Both the position numbers and the translations under genes were made by a program. Under the pieces are notes generated by a model. It was not told the origin of the DNA and searched no databases. It saw only the letters and a program-made list of their open reading frames with translations. Below are positions 10,020 through 20,017 of a stretch of 64,000 nt of DNA, piece after piece. The stretch is taken from the IMG/VR virus record IMGVR_UViG_3300031787_000087. One strand, 5' to 3'. The stretch comes from an uncultured virus (IMG/VR IMGVR_UViG_3300031787_000087). Lineage: Duplodnaviria; Heunggongvirae; Uroviricota; Caudoviricetes. Numbering within the stretch: the stretch's first letter is position 1; the number at the start of each line of letters is the position of its first letter.

Positions 10020-11877
10020 AAGTTACTCCTACTTTCGCCTCACACGCGACTGGCAATCCTTTCGCCCAGTCAGGTGCTTTGGACATTACACTTGTTACAA
10101 ACTCTATTGCATCATCAACGTCATCCGCGTCTGCCACAACTACTGCGGCATCGTGAACCGTTAAAGCAACTCTGTACTTATTGTTTATCTCGCACATCTG
10201 CGTACCCACGACGATACGCGCCAATGCTTGCACTACGTTCTCAACTACTGCACCGCCCCAAATTGAGACTTCACCCTTGCGTGAATCGTAAACAATCTGT
10301 GTCTTGTCATCCTTGGTGACGCGACGCAAGTTAGGGTATCGGATACGAAAGCCATTGGGTAAGATGATTCCATCTTTGTCGTAGTGAACGCACTCATACT
10401 CACCGAACGCAATAGGCTTTTTAATTTTGCCGTCTATCATGTTCTCCAACATACGGTCGGCTTCTCTCCAAAGCGCGATGATGCTACTGTTGTTGTCCCG
10501 ATAGACACCCACGATACGCTTGCACTCTTCTTCATCAAGTTTGACGCTTACTGGCTGCGAGGTGGCAAGTGTGTGCTGTAACTTCATAGCCCCAGTGCCG
10601 TAGCCAAGACCCAGAATGCATGTCTTACCCACGAACCGTTCGGTCGGGTCTGCTTTAGTGATTGTTTTCCCATACACATTAGATGCAAATATGGAGTACA
10701 CATCTTCGCCCTTGGCAAACTGTTTAACAACATCCTCTTGACCCGCAAGCCAAGCAAGTACCCTCGCTTCAATCTGCGATGAGTCTGAGTTAATCACCAT
10801 GTAGCCGTCAGGTGGCACGATGGCTTTCTTCAATGCCTTCTTCTTGGGGTCACGGCTCGGCAGGTTTTGGAAGTTCACCTTGTCAGTACCCGACCAACGC
10901 CCTGTGTGTGCGCCATAGTATTTCAAGGGAATGGGTAACGCGCCACGATTACGTTTTCCGATATCCATGAAACGCTCTATACGTTTCTCTTCTAAAGTAG
11001 ACTTCGTGCCGAGTCGAACCGCGCACAGTTGTTGAATAAAGGGGTCATCATTCTCAGTTAGGGCAATAAAGCCTTCATCCTTTTTTGCTAGCGCAGGGAT
11101 TTGTTTGCCAGTCGTCACGCTTGTTTTGTACGGTACGTCTATTCCGAAACCAGTTATTACCTCTGCGAACTTCTTATTGCTAGAGAGTTTCTCACGCACC
11201 TCTTCTTCTGTCGCGCACTTGAGTTGCTCCATCAAGCCTTGAAGCAGACGGCTCTTCTCTTCTTGTAACTCTGTTAGACGTTCTTGTAGCGTTGACTGCT
11301 CGACATACAGAACAGGTTCTGTAAACATCTTTATCGTCATGTCAATCAGTTTGAGTTCCTCCTGGGGAAATGAAGGAATCATTAACAGGAATAACTTGTA
11401 TGTAAGGTCAACGTCGTTAACGCAGTACTCACCATACAAAGCCAACTCCTCTGGTGTGAAGTCGACTCGTCTTTTGTTGATTGCTTTAACTACCTCGTCG
11501 CCTTTGACTCCGACGTTGTAGCGCGTAGCGAGTTTGGCGAGTGAACCGCCAACCTCTACGCCATGAAGTGCGCGTGCCATGCAGAGAGTATCTGCAAGCG
11601 CCATAGGTTTAATTCCAAAATGCCATGCCAGTATCGCACCGTCAAACAGTGTGTTGTGGGCTAGTACGAGACTTTCTTTCCAGTTGAACTGGGCAAGCCA
11701 CTTACGTGTCGTTTCACGCTCCCCTGAAAACCAAACTGGGGAACCGTCGTTTACCTGTACAGATACACCGATGACTTCAAACCTAGGGTCACGGATATAT
11801 TCTTCCGTTGTTTGTGTTCTGAACCCTAGGTCTTTGTCGGTATAGTACGTCTCGAAATCAAGCGTTATTAGAGACAT
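10006..11877 (-). CDS. polA: DNA polymerase family A with 3'-5' exonuclease
   Basis: ExoI LDFET, AHN..FD, YC.ND; HTGRWS, NFQNLP, motif A DSSQIEAR, motif B KTCILGLGYG, motif C VHD. Confidence 0.95.
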   Translation of the reverse strand: MSLITLDFETYYTDKDLGFRTQTTEEYIRDPRFEVIGVSVQVNDGSPVWFSGERETTRKWLAQFNWKESLVLAHNTLFDGAILAWHFGIKPMALADTLCMARALHGVEVGGSLAKLATRYNVGVKGDEVVKAINKRRVDFTPEELALYGEYCVNDVDLTYKLFLLMIPSFPQEELKLIDMTIKMFTEPVLYVEQSTLQERLTELQEEKSRLLQGLMEQLKCATEEEVREKLSSNKKFAEVITGFGIDVPYKTSVTTGKQIPALAKKDEGFIALTENDDPFIQQLCAVRLGTKSTLEEKRIERFMDIGKRNRGALPIPLKYYGAHTGRWSGTDKVNFQNLPSRDPKKKALKKAIVPPDGYMVINSDSSQIEARVLAWLAGQEDVVKQFAKGEDVYSIFASNVYGKTITKADPTERFVGKTCILGLGYGTGAMKLQHTLATSQPVSVKLDEEECKRIVGVYRDNNSSIIALWREADRMLENMIDGKIKKPIAFGEYECVHYDKDGIILPNGFRIRYPNLRRVTKDDKTQIVYDSRKGEVSIWGGAVVENVVQALARIVVGTQMCEINNKYRVALTVHDAAVVVADADDVDDAIEFVTSVMSKAPDWAKGLPVACEAKVGVTYGDA

Positions 11878-12370
11878 TAGCAATGGCTCGGTTTAGATAC
11901 CAACGCGCCTTGCATAGGTCTTCGTACTTATCACCTTTGTGGTCTGCGCGTGTGATGTACTTCACCACATTGCCTAAGTTGTAATCTAACTTCTTCGCTT
12001 CAATGAAGTCAATAGTCTCGACACCGCCAGTCTTGTAGTGTGGAGGTTCATTGACCATATCAGTGTGATGTTTAGTCACAATGTCCGCACCGCCTTGCAT
12101 AAGCAGTTTGCCTGTGACTGGGTGAGTTCGTACCATAGGTAACGTGGCTAGTCTATCTCTTATCTCAGCGTTAGAACTTACCTTACCTTTGCTCACATTG
12201 AATGCTAGGGTTGTTAGTGGTACTGAGGACGCTGACTTCCTAGCCGTGTATGTTACGTTGTACACAGTATGTAGTTTCACACCACAAGCATCCGCTACCT
12301 CTTTGGGTTTGGCTTTAGGGTTTTTAGCAATGTAAGCAAGTACTTGTTTTGATTTATTCATCTTTGACAT
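11858..12370 (-). CDS. HTH plus DUF3310-like (SaV/T7 gp1.7-like) protein
   Basis: C-terminal DMVNEPPHY..GGVETIDFI...GNVVKYITRA.HK...EDL.KARWYL; N-terminal HTH-like; start MSKMNK with GGAGAG SD. Confidence 0.8.
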   Translation of the reverse strand: MSKMNKSKQVLAYIAKNPKAKPKEVADACGVKLHTVYNVTYTARKSASSVPLTTLAFNVSKGKVSSNAEIRDRLATLPMVRTHPVTGKLLMQGGADIVTKHHTDMVNEPPHYKTGGVETIDFIEAKKLDYNLGNVVKYITRADHKGDKYEDLCKARWYLNRAIANVSNNA

Positions 12371-12435
12371 TTTGTTCTCTCCGTTAAAAAGGGGCTTCTT
12401 CAATTTGGGTTGATGTTTGTGATTTCAAGTTCTTT

Positions 12436-12669
12436 CTATGTATCCTTTCTAGTAGTTTTCCGTCTACGCGCTCGAATGGATTCCATTCGTTCGCGCATAT
12501 CTTCAAGGTGATTCCTTCGTTCTTCGTCAATTGCCTCTTGCGGGATAAAGACCTCTTTGGTTGTGAATCTATGTTCATTAGCGCACTCTCTCCTTCTAAC
12601 ATGCCCGAATGTGGGCGAGTCTCTTGTTTGTTTTACTGATGACCATGAACCGCATACTGGGCATTTCAT
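12436..12669 (-). CDS. Zinc-ribbon protein (NrdR-N/Ogr-Delta-like)
   Basis: MKCPVCG...V.QTR......RRREC.NEHRFTT.E. Confidence 0.75.
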   Translation of the reverse strand: MKCPVCGSWSSVKQTRDSPTFGHVRRRECANEHRFTTKEVFIPQEAIDEERRNHLEDMRERMESIRARRRKTTRKDT

Positions 12670-12767
12670 TCTTCGCTACTCAACATAAATATTGCCACAG
12701 CGACAGTTACAACAACTATCCCTCCAAGGCACATCAAGAATACTATCCATGCAATTGTTTCAAGCAT
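12666..12767 (-). CDS. Small membrane protein (33 aa), not in ORF track
   Basis: MLETIAWIVFLMCLGGIVVVTVAVAIFMLSSEE, SD AGGAG, overlaps both neighbours. Confidence 0.55.
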   Translation of the reverse strand: MLETIAWIVFLMCLGGIVVVTVAVAIFMLSSEE

Positions 12768-12975
12768 CTTTGTCTCCTAGTTCTAAAAGTTTTTCTTCCA
12801 GTCTACGAATGCGTTGACGGTTGTATTCAACAACGCTCATTGCATACTCAAGCGATTTCTCTGCTTGCATCTTTGATAGGGTTGCATCACGCATTTCAAT
12901 GTCAATGATTTCTTTTAGAGTGCGTGGTCGCAACATATCTTTAATGAATGCCACTATGGTTTCTCGTTTAGTCAT
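12760..12975 (-). CDS. Hypothetical coiled-coil protein
   Basis: 71 aa, AAGGAG SD, coupled to upstream stop. Confidence 0.65.
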   Translation of the reverse strand: MTKRETIVAFIKDMLRPRTLKEIIDIEMRDATLSKMQAEKSLEYAMSVVEYNRQRIRRLEEKLLELGDKDA

Positions 12976-13130
12976 GCGTTCAACTCCTTTAATCTTTTTT
13001 CGGTTGCTCTAACTACGTCAACCCAATAGTAGAGGTCGGGTAGGTTGTGTTTTAGTTCGTTGATGTCTTGTTCAGACAAACCAACCCAAGGTCGTTTGTA
13101 GTCTTGGATGTCATCGTCTTCTTCAATCAT
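12972..13130 (-). CDS. Small protein with RPWVGL motif
   Basis: MIEEDDDIQDYKRPWVGLSEQD...EKRLKELN, GGAGG SD. Confidence 0.6.
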   Translation of the reverse strand: MIEEDDDIQDYKRPWVGLSEQDINELKHNLPDLYYWVDVVRATEKRLKELNA

Positions 13131-13302
13131 GCTTGCCCTCCAACTCTTTAACTCTGCCAGACAAGACACGCACCAACTCAGTTAGCACAGCGACCTCCGC
13201 CATTAGTTGTTCTCTTGATGGTTGCTTAATGTCGCGCACATAGTCTTGCTTGATGCGAGACTCCATCTCTACACGGTTGAACTCTTCATCTTCGGGTGTC
13301 AT
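13123..13302 (-). CDS. Hypothetical protein (59 aa), not in ORF track
   Basis: MTPEDEEFNRVEMESRIK..., GAGGAG SD, ATGA overlap with upstream gene. Confidence 0.6.
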   Translation of the reverse strand: MTPEDEEFNRVEMESRIKQDYVRDIKQPSREQLMAEVAVLTELVRVLSGRVKELEGKHD

Positions 13303-13595
13303 AGGTTAGTCTCCTCAATGATTTGTTTAAGATTAAAAACGCTTGTCTCATCAATCACGATAGCGATACCACCGTTGTTGACAATCTCTTCTAGATTGGA
13401 TTGTTGTAATGCTGTGGGCTTCTTGCCATTCGCCTTGCACTCAATGCCAATAAACTTTCCCTTGTAACAACATACTATGTCAGGGATACCTGAACGACCA
13501 AATCCCCCTGTTGCGGGGAAGAAGATGTACATGCCAAGTTTTTGTAGTTCCGCAATAGCCTTGCGTTTAACTTTGCCTTCGGGTGTCATCGCCAC
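13299..13595 (-). CDS. VRR-NUC domain nuclease (Holliday junction resolvase-like)
   Basis: TPEGKVK, SGIPDI, IECKA, PTALQ. Confidence 0.88.
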   Translation of the reverse strand: MAMTPEGKVKRKAIAELQKLGMYIFFPATGGFGRSGIPDIVCCYKGKFIGIECKANGKKPTALQQSNLEEIVNNGGIAIVIDETSVFNLKQIIEETNL

Positions 13596-13923
13596 CTCCC
13601 TTCATCTCTTGTAGAGTTGAGTTGTCTAGTACTAGTATGTATACAGAATCAGATACGCGCCAGCCAGTCTCGTTGAGACGCGCATCTTGATTGTTGATAT
13701 AAACATCTATGGGTGTTACCTCCCAAGGTTGTCTATCGTTGAACGGCATTGTGTGAATCATTGAGTACAACGCTTTCACTTTGTCAGGCAATGTCTCTTT
13801 GGTGTAGTAGCGATACTCACCCTTGCCTACACAAATGCAATACTCGTCACCTTCTATGAACATAGGAACGCGCAGACTATCAAACAGATAACTGTGCATT
13901 ATCGGTACATAGTTTTCATTCAT
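13567..13923 (-). CDS. Hypothetical protein
   Basis: 118 aa ORF packed in the operon. Confidence 0.65.
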   Translation of the reverse strand: MNENYVPIMHSYLFDSLRVPMFIEGDEYCICVGKGEYRYYTKETLPDKVKALYSMIHTMPFNDRQPWEVTPIDVYINNQDARLNETGWRVSDSVYILVLDNSTLQEMKGGGDDTRRQS

Positions 13924-14854
13924 GTTGCTTGGGGATTAGTACGAACAATTCTCTGTAATTGTTGTAGCCTTGCGCCACATCAATCTCATGATGGAAGTGG
14001 TCATTGCGACGCATACTCAGTTCGTTGTCTTTATCAGGGCTACCCTTACCATCAAGGTATGTTCTGATAATCATTGCATCAGCCGCGACTGAAGTATCAG
14101 CGAGAGTTGAATAGCGTTTCACACCACCATGAATCGTTACTTCATCTTTGTCTAAATCGAATGAAGCCTCACCAATTAGATAATAAACTTTGGTGTGTTC
14201 TAGATTATGGTTGTCACTCATAACGCCTATGAAGGTTGCGCCCTTGGCGAACCTTTCTTTATGAGACTCTAACTGTTTCACTGCATTTAACTTTTTCATG
14301 TACTTGTCGTAACACGCTTGAAGGGATTCGATATTACTCGGAATAATCTCCTTGTCAATACCCAAAATTACCTTAGTTGCTATCAAAGCCAATGAATCAT
14401 CTATCTCGAAACGGTCATGTCCATAGCGTTCTCCTATTGACCTGAAAGCAGAACGAATACCCGCCTTGTATGTGTTAGACAATCCTTCCTCAGTAGGTAT
14501 CTCGCCTTGCTTGCGAATGTTTGCAATCAGAGTAGCAATCTTCTTAGAGTCCCTTGTATCTGCGGAACTATTCGCGCTACCTTTCTGTTTAGAAATCAAT
14601 GGACTGGAGTAGAAGTAAATCGTATCCCCATTACCATTTCTTGAAGCCCATATGTAGCCCGCATTAAGATGGTTCTCCGCAGTCACTAGATGAACTTCTA
14701 ATTGATTCTTGGATATGTCTTTAATTTTCAGATTGAAAGCCGAACATATCTCCACTAGAAGTTTGTTCCTATCCTTCTTGTCGTTAGAAGAGTCATCCGC
14801 AAGAATATTCAGAATATTCGGATGTGTGCAGATAGATGATATAAAGTTTTGCAT
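13916..14854 (-). CDS. Hypothetical protein
   Basis: 312 aa ORF, GGAG SD. Confidence 0.7.
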   Translation of the reverse strand: MQNFISSICTHPNILNILADDSSNDKKDRNKLLVEICSAFNLKIKDISKNQLEVHLVTAENHLNAGYIWASRNGNGDTIYFYSSPLISKQKGSANSSADTRDSKKIATLIANIRKQGEIPTEEGLSNTYKAGIRSAFRSIGERYGHDRFEIDDSLALIATKVILGIDKEIIPSNIESLQACYDKYMKKLNAVKQLESHKERFAKGATFIGVMSDNHNLEHTKVYYLIGEASFDLDKDEVTIHGGVKRYSTLADTSVAADAMIIRTYLDGKGSPDKDNELSMRRNDHFHHEIDVAQGYNNYRELFVLIPKQHE

Positions 14855-14874
14855 TACGCTTTCTCCAGTTAGTT

Positions 14875-15906
14875 TTACAGACGAATTACAGGCGCACCAT
14901 TGGACTCAATGATGTACCCCCACTTGCTCTTAGGAAGGATTGTTCCCGCCTTGAGTTCTTTCAGATTAAAAGCATTGTGTGCTTTGATTACTGATGGTTT
15001 GAACATACCACTCAACGATTGGTTTAGATGAACATTGAATAACTCTACCTCTCGTTCAGGAGAATGGCTACTACCCCAATACCCACCGAGATGGGGTCTC
15101 GTTTCATGGAATGCTGAATAGCCAATATGATGGATATTGTTAGCAAGCATAAAGAGAATCGCAGCATCCACCAGTCGGTGAGACGCAACAAGTCCTTCAA
15201 AGTTAGCCATAGATGATTGAGGGTCACCTCTGTCAAAGGTTTTATCATTAACTAGGTCTTTGATTGTCTCCATGATGCCATCCTTGCTCATCGCTCCAGT
15301 CATCACAGGGGCGACTTTCAAGAACTCTTCGTACTTACCAAGGGCTTCGCTTGCTAGTTTGCGGTTCACCCTCCTCTGAAAGACTGTGTAAGGAGTTACT
15401 GTCTCTCCTAGTGCTTTCTTAGCGGGGTCAAGATGAAGTCTCATACCTTTGAAGATTGGGTGCATATGCCCCGCTCTGTTCCATGCAATCGTGCCACCTC
15501 TTGCACCGCACGACTGAAACCAGTAACCGAACGCTTCACTCATATAGGTCGAGTCACCTTGTCCAAGATGCTGACGAATCTCAAATGTATTGTCAGGATA
15601 CACAGTAGCAAGATGCTGTCTGTCAACCCACTTCGTAAGAGATTCTTTATCCCACCCCTCCTTGAAGTTACCACTCTCTACAACATCTACCGATTCACGG
15701 TTCTTGTAATAGATAGAGAACGAACCATCCTTGTTAGCGCGGAAGTGTCTGCGTGAATACTCACGCCACCCCATCGGGTAAGCATTGTTCAACCCACCGC
15801 GATAAGGCTTGATGGTCTTGGTGCGCTCAACCATCTTGTCATAGGTGAGTCCACCCGCCCATACCTGACTTACATCATTGAAGATGCCACCGTATCCGTA
15901 ACTCAT
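14875..15906 (-). CDS. Hypothetical protein
   Basis: 343 aa ORF, GGAGG SD, ATGA overlap. Confidence 0.7.
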   Translation of the reverse strand: MSYGYGGIFNDVSQVWAGGLTYDKMVERTKTIKPYRGGLNNAYPMGWREYSRRHFRANKDGSFSIYYKNRESVDVVESGNFKEGWDKESLTKWVDRQHLATVYPDNTFEIRQHLGQGDSTYMSEAFGYWFQSCGARGGTIAWNRAGHMHPIFKGMRLHLDPAKKALGETVTPYTVFQRRVNRKLASEALGKYEEFLKVAPVMTGAMSKDGIMETIKDLVNDKTFDRGDPQSSMANFEGLVASHRLVDAAILFMLANNIHHIGYSAFHETRPHLGGYWGSSHSPEREVELFNVHLNQSLSGMFKPSVIKAHNAFNLKELKAGTILPKSKWGYIIESNGAPVIRL

Positions 15907-16106
15907 ACTGCTTCCTCCATTTTCTCTTGCAACGCTTTTGCTTCATCAACCTTGGTGAAGATAGTCTCACGCAATTCGGGTCGCTCAAACAATGCTGATA
16001 TAAAGTTGTGAGTAGAGCGTGCCTCCTCACGGTACTTCAATGAGAACGCTAGTCCTATAACAGATGTACAGAACAAGAACAATTCGAGATATGTATATTC
16101 AACCAT
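15903..16106 (-). CDS. Small membrane-anchored protein
   Basis: 67 aa with N-terminal hydrophobic segment. Confidence 0.6.
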   Translation of the reverse strand: MVEYTYLELFLFCTSVIGLAFSLKYREEARSTHNFISALFERPELRETIFTKVDEAKALQEKMEEAV

Positions 16107-17336
16107 TTAGTTCACCATTACTTTCTTCCCTGTTGGGGGAGTCCATTGTTTATTACAAGTTACCAACCATAGAGTTGGCATCGATATGTCCCACTTGACA
16201 TCGTTTTCCAAGTAGCCGTCTGTGAAGATGACCACACACTCTGCCTTGAGATTCTTTTTATTTATATGTTCACTGACACATGAAACCCTAGTTCCACCGC
16301 CCCCCATCGGTTTCAATAGAGAACCTATCTCCTGATACTGTGCGGGTTCAAACACTTGTTCACCATGAACCTTGGTGTCCCACCACAGAACGCGAATCTT
16401 CTCAGGGCATACGGCTTCCGCACCCTTGACAATCTCTGCCGCGAATTCGTTTATCTGTTGCTGTGAGATAGACCCCGATGTATCTATGCCATAGATGACC
16501 TCGCCAATAGTCTCTGTCTCCGCAGATGGTAGGAACAAATCACTTGGCAATAATCTTCTGTTGAACTTACGCCATGTGTATTCATCCTTACCGCGAGCGA
16601 ACGATGAGACATACTCTGCGAACTCTTTCTTCCAATCAACATCACCTTCGAGCATCTCTGTGATTGCTCTTGGCAAGTCAATACCTAAGCGACCAGCGAG
16701 GATTGCACCTTCTCGTATTGCTCTATCTATACGCTCGTTGATATCCTTGGCTTGCTCTGCATCCATCTTGCCAAAGTCATGCTCGTCGAACGAATACTCA
16801 TCACCCTCCTCGCTATCTTGCTGTTCACCACCCCCTGAACCTTTAGATGGTTGACCCTTCTTCTTAGGTTTGTATCCGCTACCCCCGCCCTTGCACTCTT
16901 CCTTGAGTAAGCGATACACCTCACGCATATTCATGTTGTGAAAGCGTTCCTCGTAACACCCACCCGCAGGTAGTTTTACAAGGTTGGGGTCTTCCTTGTG
17001 TATCTCCATGATGATGTCATTGACCACCATGTCAGCCGCGACATTGGCGAGTTTGGCATTCTCTACCCATAGGTCACGGTTGAGTATCCCTTGACGCAGA
17101 CCGATGTGTAAGTTCTCATGCAAGACAAGACCCGCCACCTCTGCATCCTCCTTGCAGACGCCTGTGAGGAATGCTCTGCCGTAGACTTTGTTGATACCAT
17201 CTGTGTATGCGGTAAGTCCTCCCTTATCGCTCACTTCAGATGTACCCATCATCATCACCCCACCCCACCATACGGTGTGCTTAGACTTCATTAGCGCAAT
17301 GTGCGCCTTCTTAACACGCTGTTCTTGAGTTAACAT
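16107..17336 (-). CDS. Metallopeptidase-VWA protein (DUF2201-like)
   Basis: TAYTDG, HENLH (HExxH), NVAAD..VN, MIDAS IDTSGS, GGGGT, FTDG. Confidence 0.88.
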   Translation of the reverse strand: MLTQEQRVKKAHIALMKSKHTVWWGGVMMMGTSEVSDKGGLTAYTDGINKVYGRAFLTGVCKEDAEVAGLVLHENLHIGLRQGILNRDLWVENAKLANVAADMVVNDIIMEIHKEDPNLVKLPAGGCYEERFHNMNMREVYRLLKEECKGGGSGYKPKKKGQPSKGSGGGEQQDSEEGDEYSFDEHDFGKMDAEQAKDINERIDRAIREGAILAGRLGIDLPRAITEMLEGDVDWKKEFAEYVSSFARGKDEYTWRKFNRRLLPSDLFLPSAETETIGEVIYGIDTSGSISQQQINEFAAEIVKGAEAVCPEKIRVLWWDTKVHGEQVFEPAQYQEIGSLLKPMGGGGTRVSCVSEHINKKNLKAECVVIFTDGYLENDVKWDISMPTLWLVTCNKQWTPPTGKKVMVN

Positions 17337-17680
17337 TTTGATTCCTCCTTAAGTTTGTTTTCTTTAAGTCGCTCTTGCCTATACCACCATGACCATGTTG
17401 TTTCGTCTTCGTCTTCCAATGCAACTTCAAATGCCCATTGCACATTCCGCATTAAACTCAACATTTGGTCATGGCGTAACACTTGGAACTCTCCGTTGTT
17501 AGAAGAAATGTGTTCCTCTGCGGCCTTATATACTTTCTTCCAACCTTCATCCCAATCATTCATGTCGAACCACCCAAGGTAGCCGAACACATCGTCATCA
17601 ATACCAACAAGATAAAACCGTACGTGTCCGTTCTTGTGTGGTATTCCATTTTCTTCTTCTGTCCAATGTTTGTCTGTCAT
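17330..17680 (-). CDS. Hypothetical acidic protein
   Basis: 116 aa, AAGGA SD. Confidence 0.65.
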   Translation of the reverse strand: MTDKHWTEEENGIPHKNGHVRFYLVGIDDDVFGYLGWFDMNDWDEGWKKVYKAAEEHISSNNGEFQVLRHDQMLSLMRNVQWAFEVALEDEDETTWSWWYRQERLKENKLKEESKC

Positions 17681-17689
17681 ATCGTTTCC

Positions 17690-18793
17690 TTACATAATCA
17701 TGTGGTTGTCAGTTGCCCACTTGCTAATCTCTGTGTTGTAGCGGGCAATCTTTGGCTTGTTGCGGAATATCATGGTGAAGAAGATTGATTGAATCTCGCT
17801 CGACTTCATACGATTCACGAACTGCATATACTTGTTCAGGTCATCGTGAGATGCTAATGTGTCGACCGCCTCAAGAATCATCATCACTTGGGTTGCCACA
17901 TCTTCAGGAACTTTCACAGTTGTTGGGTTCGCAAGCACATCGTTGAACTTAATCATGCTCTTCTCAACCGATATGAATGTCGCTATGGATTTCGCGGCAC
18001 TCTCACCGACCGTACCCGCAAGTGCCACAGTCAATGCGTTCTCTGTGTACTTGTCTCGCTTATCCACGATGGGAGAGGCTTTCGCCAATGAGCGAGGAGA
18101 CACGAACGACTTCGCAGTTGATGATGGTTTGAAGATGTATGGGTTATCGTTTTGGTCTGAGTCAAGATAAGACTTGAATGCCTTCGGTGTCATCGCTGCC
18201 CATGCTCTCAGAGGTCTAGATATATTGTTCTTAGTAGCCCACTGCAACCACTCGTCATGCGTTGGCTTTTGCATATTCACAATGGTGATGCGGTTTGCCA
18301 CATGACCCGCGAATGTATCGCCCACACCGTCAGTTGCGTTGTTACTTGTAATGAAGATGTGCGAACCCTCGGGTAGCGGTTCATCGCCCACCGTCTTCTC
18401 AAGCATCAATCGGGTATAGATAATCTGCATGAGTTTGGGGGACTTGAACGCCTCGTCAAGCATGATGTACTTGGGCTTGCCACTTCCCATCTTGAAGAGA
18501 GACGCGACATAGTATTCAAGAGTCTTGCTTGCATGGTTGGGAATAGATGCCGCGACATCCATCATGTCTTTCACGGGGCAATCGACATAGATGTAGTCAT
18601 ACTTGTCAGTAGGGAAGTCATCGCCCACCTTACGCCATTGGTCACCGTTGTCTTCAGCAAGCATCGCTAGAAGTGATGACTTGCCAACTCCAGGTTCAGA
18701 GATGACTGCAATAGTATTTGTATCGCCAATCTCACGGATGAGGTCTTTGACCTCGTTGATAGATGCTGTCAGGGAAAAGTTGATTTTGCTCAT
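17690..18793 (-). CDS. AAA+ ATPase (MoxR-like), partner of the VWA protein
   Basis: Walker A SEPGVGKS, Walker B IMLDE, TSN sensor, SPRS. Confidence 0.88.
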   Translation of the reverse strand: MSKINFSLTASINEVKDLIREIGDTNTIAVISEPGVGKSSLLAMLAEDNGDQWRKVGDDFPTDKYDYIYVDCPVKDMMDVAASIPNHASKTLEYYVASLFKMGSGKPKYIMLDEAFKSPKLMQIIYTRLMLEKTVGDEPLPEGSHIFITSNNATDGVGDTFAGHVANRITIVNMQKPTHDEWLQWATKNNISRPLRAWAAMTPKAFKSYLDSDQNDNPYIFKPSSTAKSFVSPRSLAKASPIVDKRDKYTENALTVALAGTVGESAAKSIATFISVEKSMIKFNDVLANPTTVKVPEDVATQVMMILEAVDTLASHDDLNKYMQFVNRMKSSEIQSIFFTMIFRNKPKIARYNTEISKWATDNHMIM

Positions 18794-18819
18794 ATACGCT
18801 TTCAGGGGTTAGTGAATGA

Positions 18820-19728
18820 TTAGTTAAGGGTTAGGGGTTTGAACTTGTTCAGCATATCGTCTACACCGTGTTTAACAGTTGAACGAACATACGAACTCTC
18901 GCGTAAGTCTTCGAGCGTGACACCCGATAGCGCATCCTCCAGTTGCGCCCTAGCAGACTCTAAATGTTGATTATTTGTCAAGTTAAAGTGTTTCAATGTC
19001 TCGCAAATGTCCCGCGCTTGGCTGATAGTTGTCTCATATACCTTCTTGCGCTTGACCTTGCCGTCTTCGTCAGCAGTGACCTCTGTACATGCATTACTGA
19101 TGCGGGAGGCGATTTCCACCAGTCGCTCAGATGCGTCTTCCATTGACCGATTCACAATCTCTTCGATTTGGTTGTTGTAATGTTGTTCCAAGTCATCTGC
19201 GATAGCCGTTGCAATACCGCCCGAACGGAAATCGTTCTCAGGTACTTTTGTTACAAACAACTTCAAGCGGAAGCGTCTACGGATATCTTCGGGTTCAGGG
19301 TACTCTGAACGATTAAACATATCGCCTTGTTTGAATGCCGAATCGCTGACGATGGTCGGATACTTGTCAATGAAGTTGTCCAATAACTTGTTGAACTCAA
19401 CCTCATGCGCTGACCACTCCTTCATGAATTTTTCAATGCTGAATGTTGGTAGCAATCTAACCGAACCCGCCCAGTCGTAGGTGCAACGCTGAAGCCAGTT
19501 ATAGACGGTCTGCCGATAGTTGAGCAATGCTTTGTGGTCAGGCGAGTTAGACAATAAGTTCTTGGTGAACTTGCCTGCCTCAGTAGATGCGTTCTTAGAA
19601 GAAGTCACCTCGTTGCTGATTTGTTTGTCTTGCTTGGTCGCAGTCCACACATTGACCTCCACAGTTACAAGTTGCGCAGAACTTGCAAGCGAGATGAGGT
19701 GATTAGGTTTTTGGATTTCAAAGTTCAT
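18820..19728 (-). CDS. DUF3150-like protein
   Basis: Helical ~302 aa protein upstream of AAA/VWA; W......LLP, F...YP, FN.SEYP pattern. Confidence 0.55.
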   Translation of the reverse strand: MNFEIQKPNHLISLASSAQLVTVEVNVWTATKQDKQISNEVTSSKNASTEAGKFTKNLLSNSPDHKALLNYRQTVYNWLQRCTYDWAGSVRLLPTFSIEKFMKEWSAHEVEFNKLLDNFIDKYPTIVSDSAFKQGDMFNRSEYPEPEDIRRRFRLKLFVTKVPENDFRSGGIATAIADDLEQHYNNQIEEIVNRSMEDASERLVEIASRISNACTEVTADEDGKVKRKKVYETTISQARDICETLKHFNLTNNQHLESARAQLEDALSGVTLEDLRESSYVRSTVKHGVDDMLNKFKPLTLN

Positions 19729-19747
19729 TTCAGTATCCTGTGAATGG

Positions 19748-20017
19748 TTAAATAGAAGAAGGGTTGTAGCGTGGGTATCCACGGCAAGGTGCATCGCCAT
19801 CCATATAGATGGCTACATAGTCGAAAGGTTCATTGGCTTTGGCTTTCGCATCAATGAATGTAGAGTAGTCGCAGTCTTCCTCCAAGTAGACTAGACCATT
19901 GTTGGCATATGAATAAGACGTTATGTCTTTGTCGATACCGAGTCGTTGTAACTCAGTCAGAGGGACTTCTAGAAATCCATGTCCCGAATCACTAAAGAAT
20001 TTATATTTAGAAGTCAT
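19748..20017 (-). CDS. Conserved small phage protein (D.GHG.L.V / YLEEDCD motifs)
   Basis: 89 aa ORF with these motifs. Confidence 0.7.
   Translation of the reverse strand: MTSKYKFFSDSGHGFLEVPLTELQRLGIDKDITSYSYANNGLVYLEEDCDYSTFIDAKAKANEPFDYVAIYMDGDAPCRGYPRYNPSSI

Noticed and set aside
12384..12602. 72-aa minus-strand ORF overlapping the zinc-ribbon gene
   Set aside because: Mostly overlaps a better-supported gene; only the 3' part (WNPFERVD...EEAPF) might be a real small gene and its start is unclear
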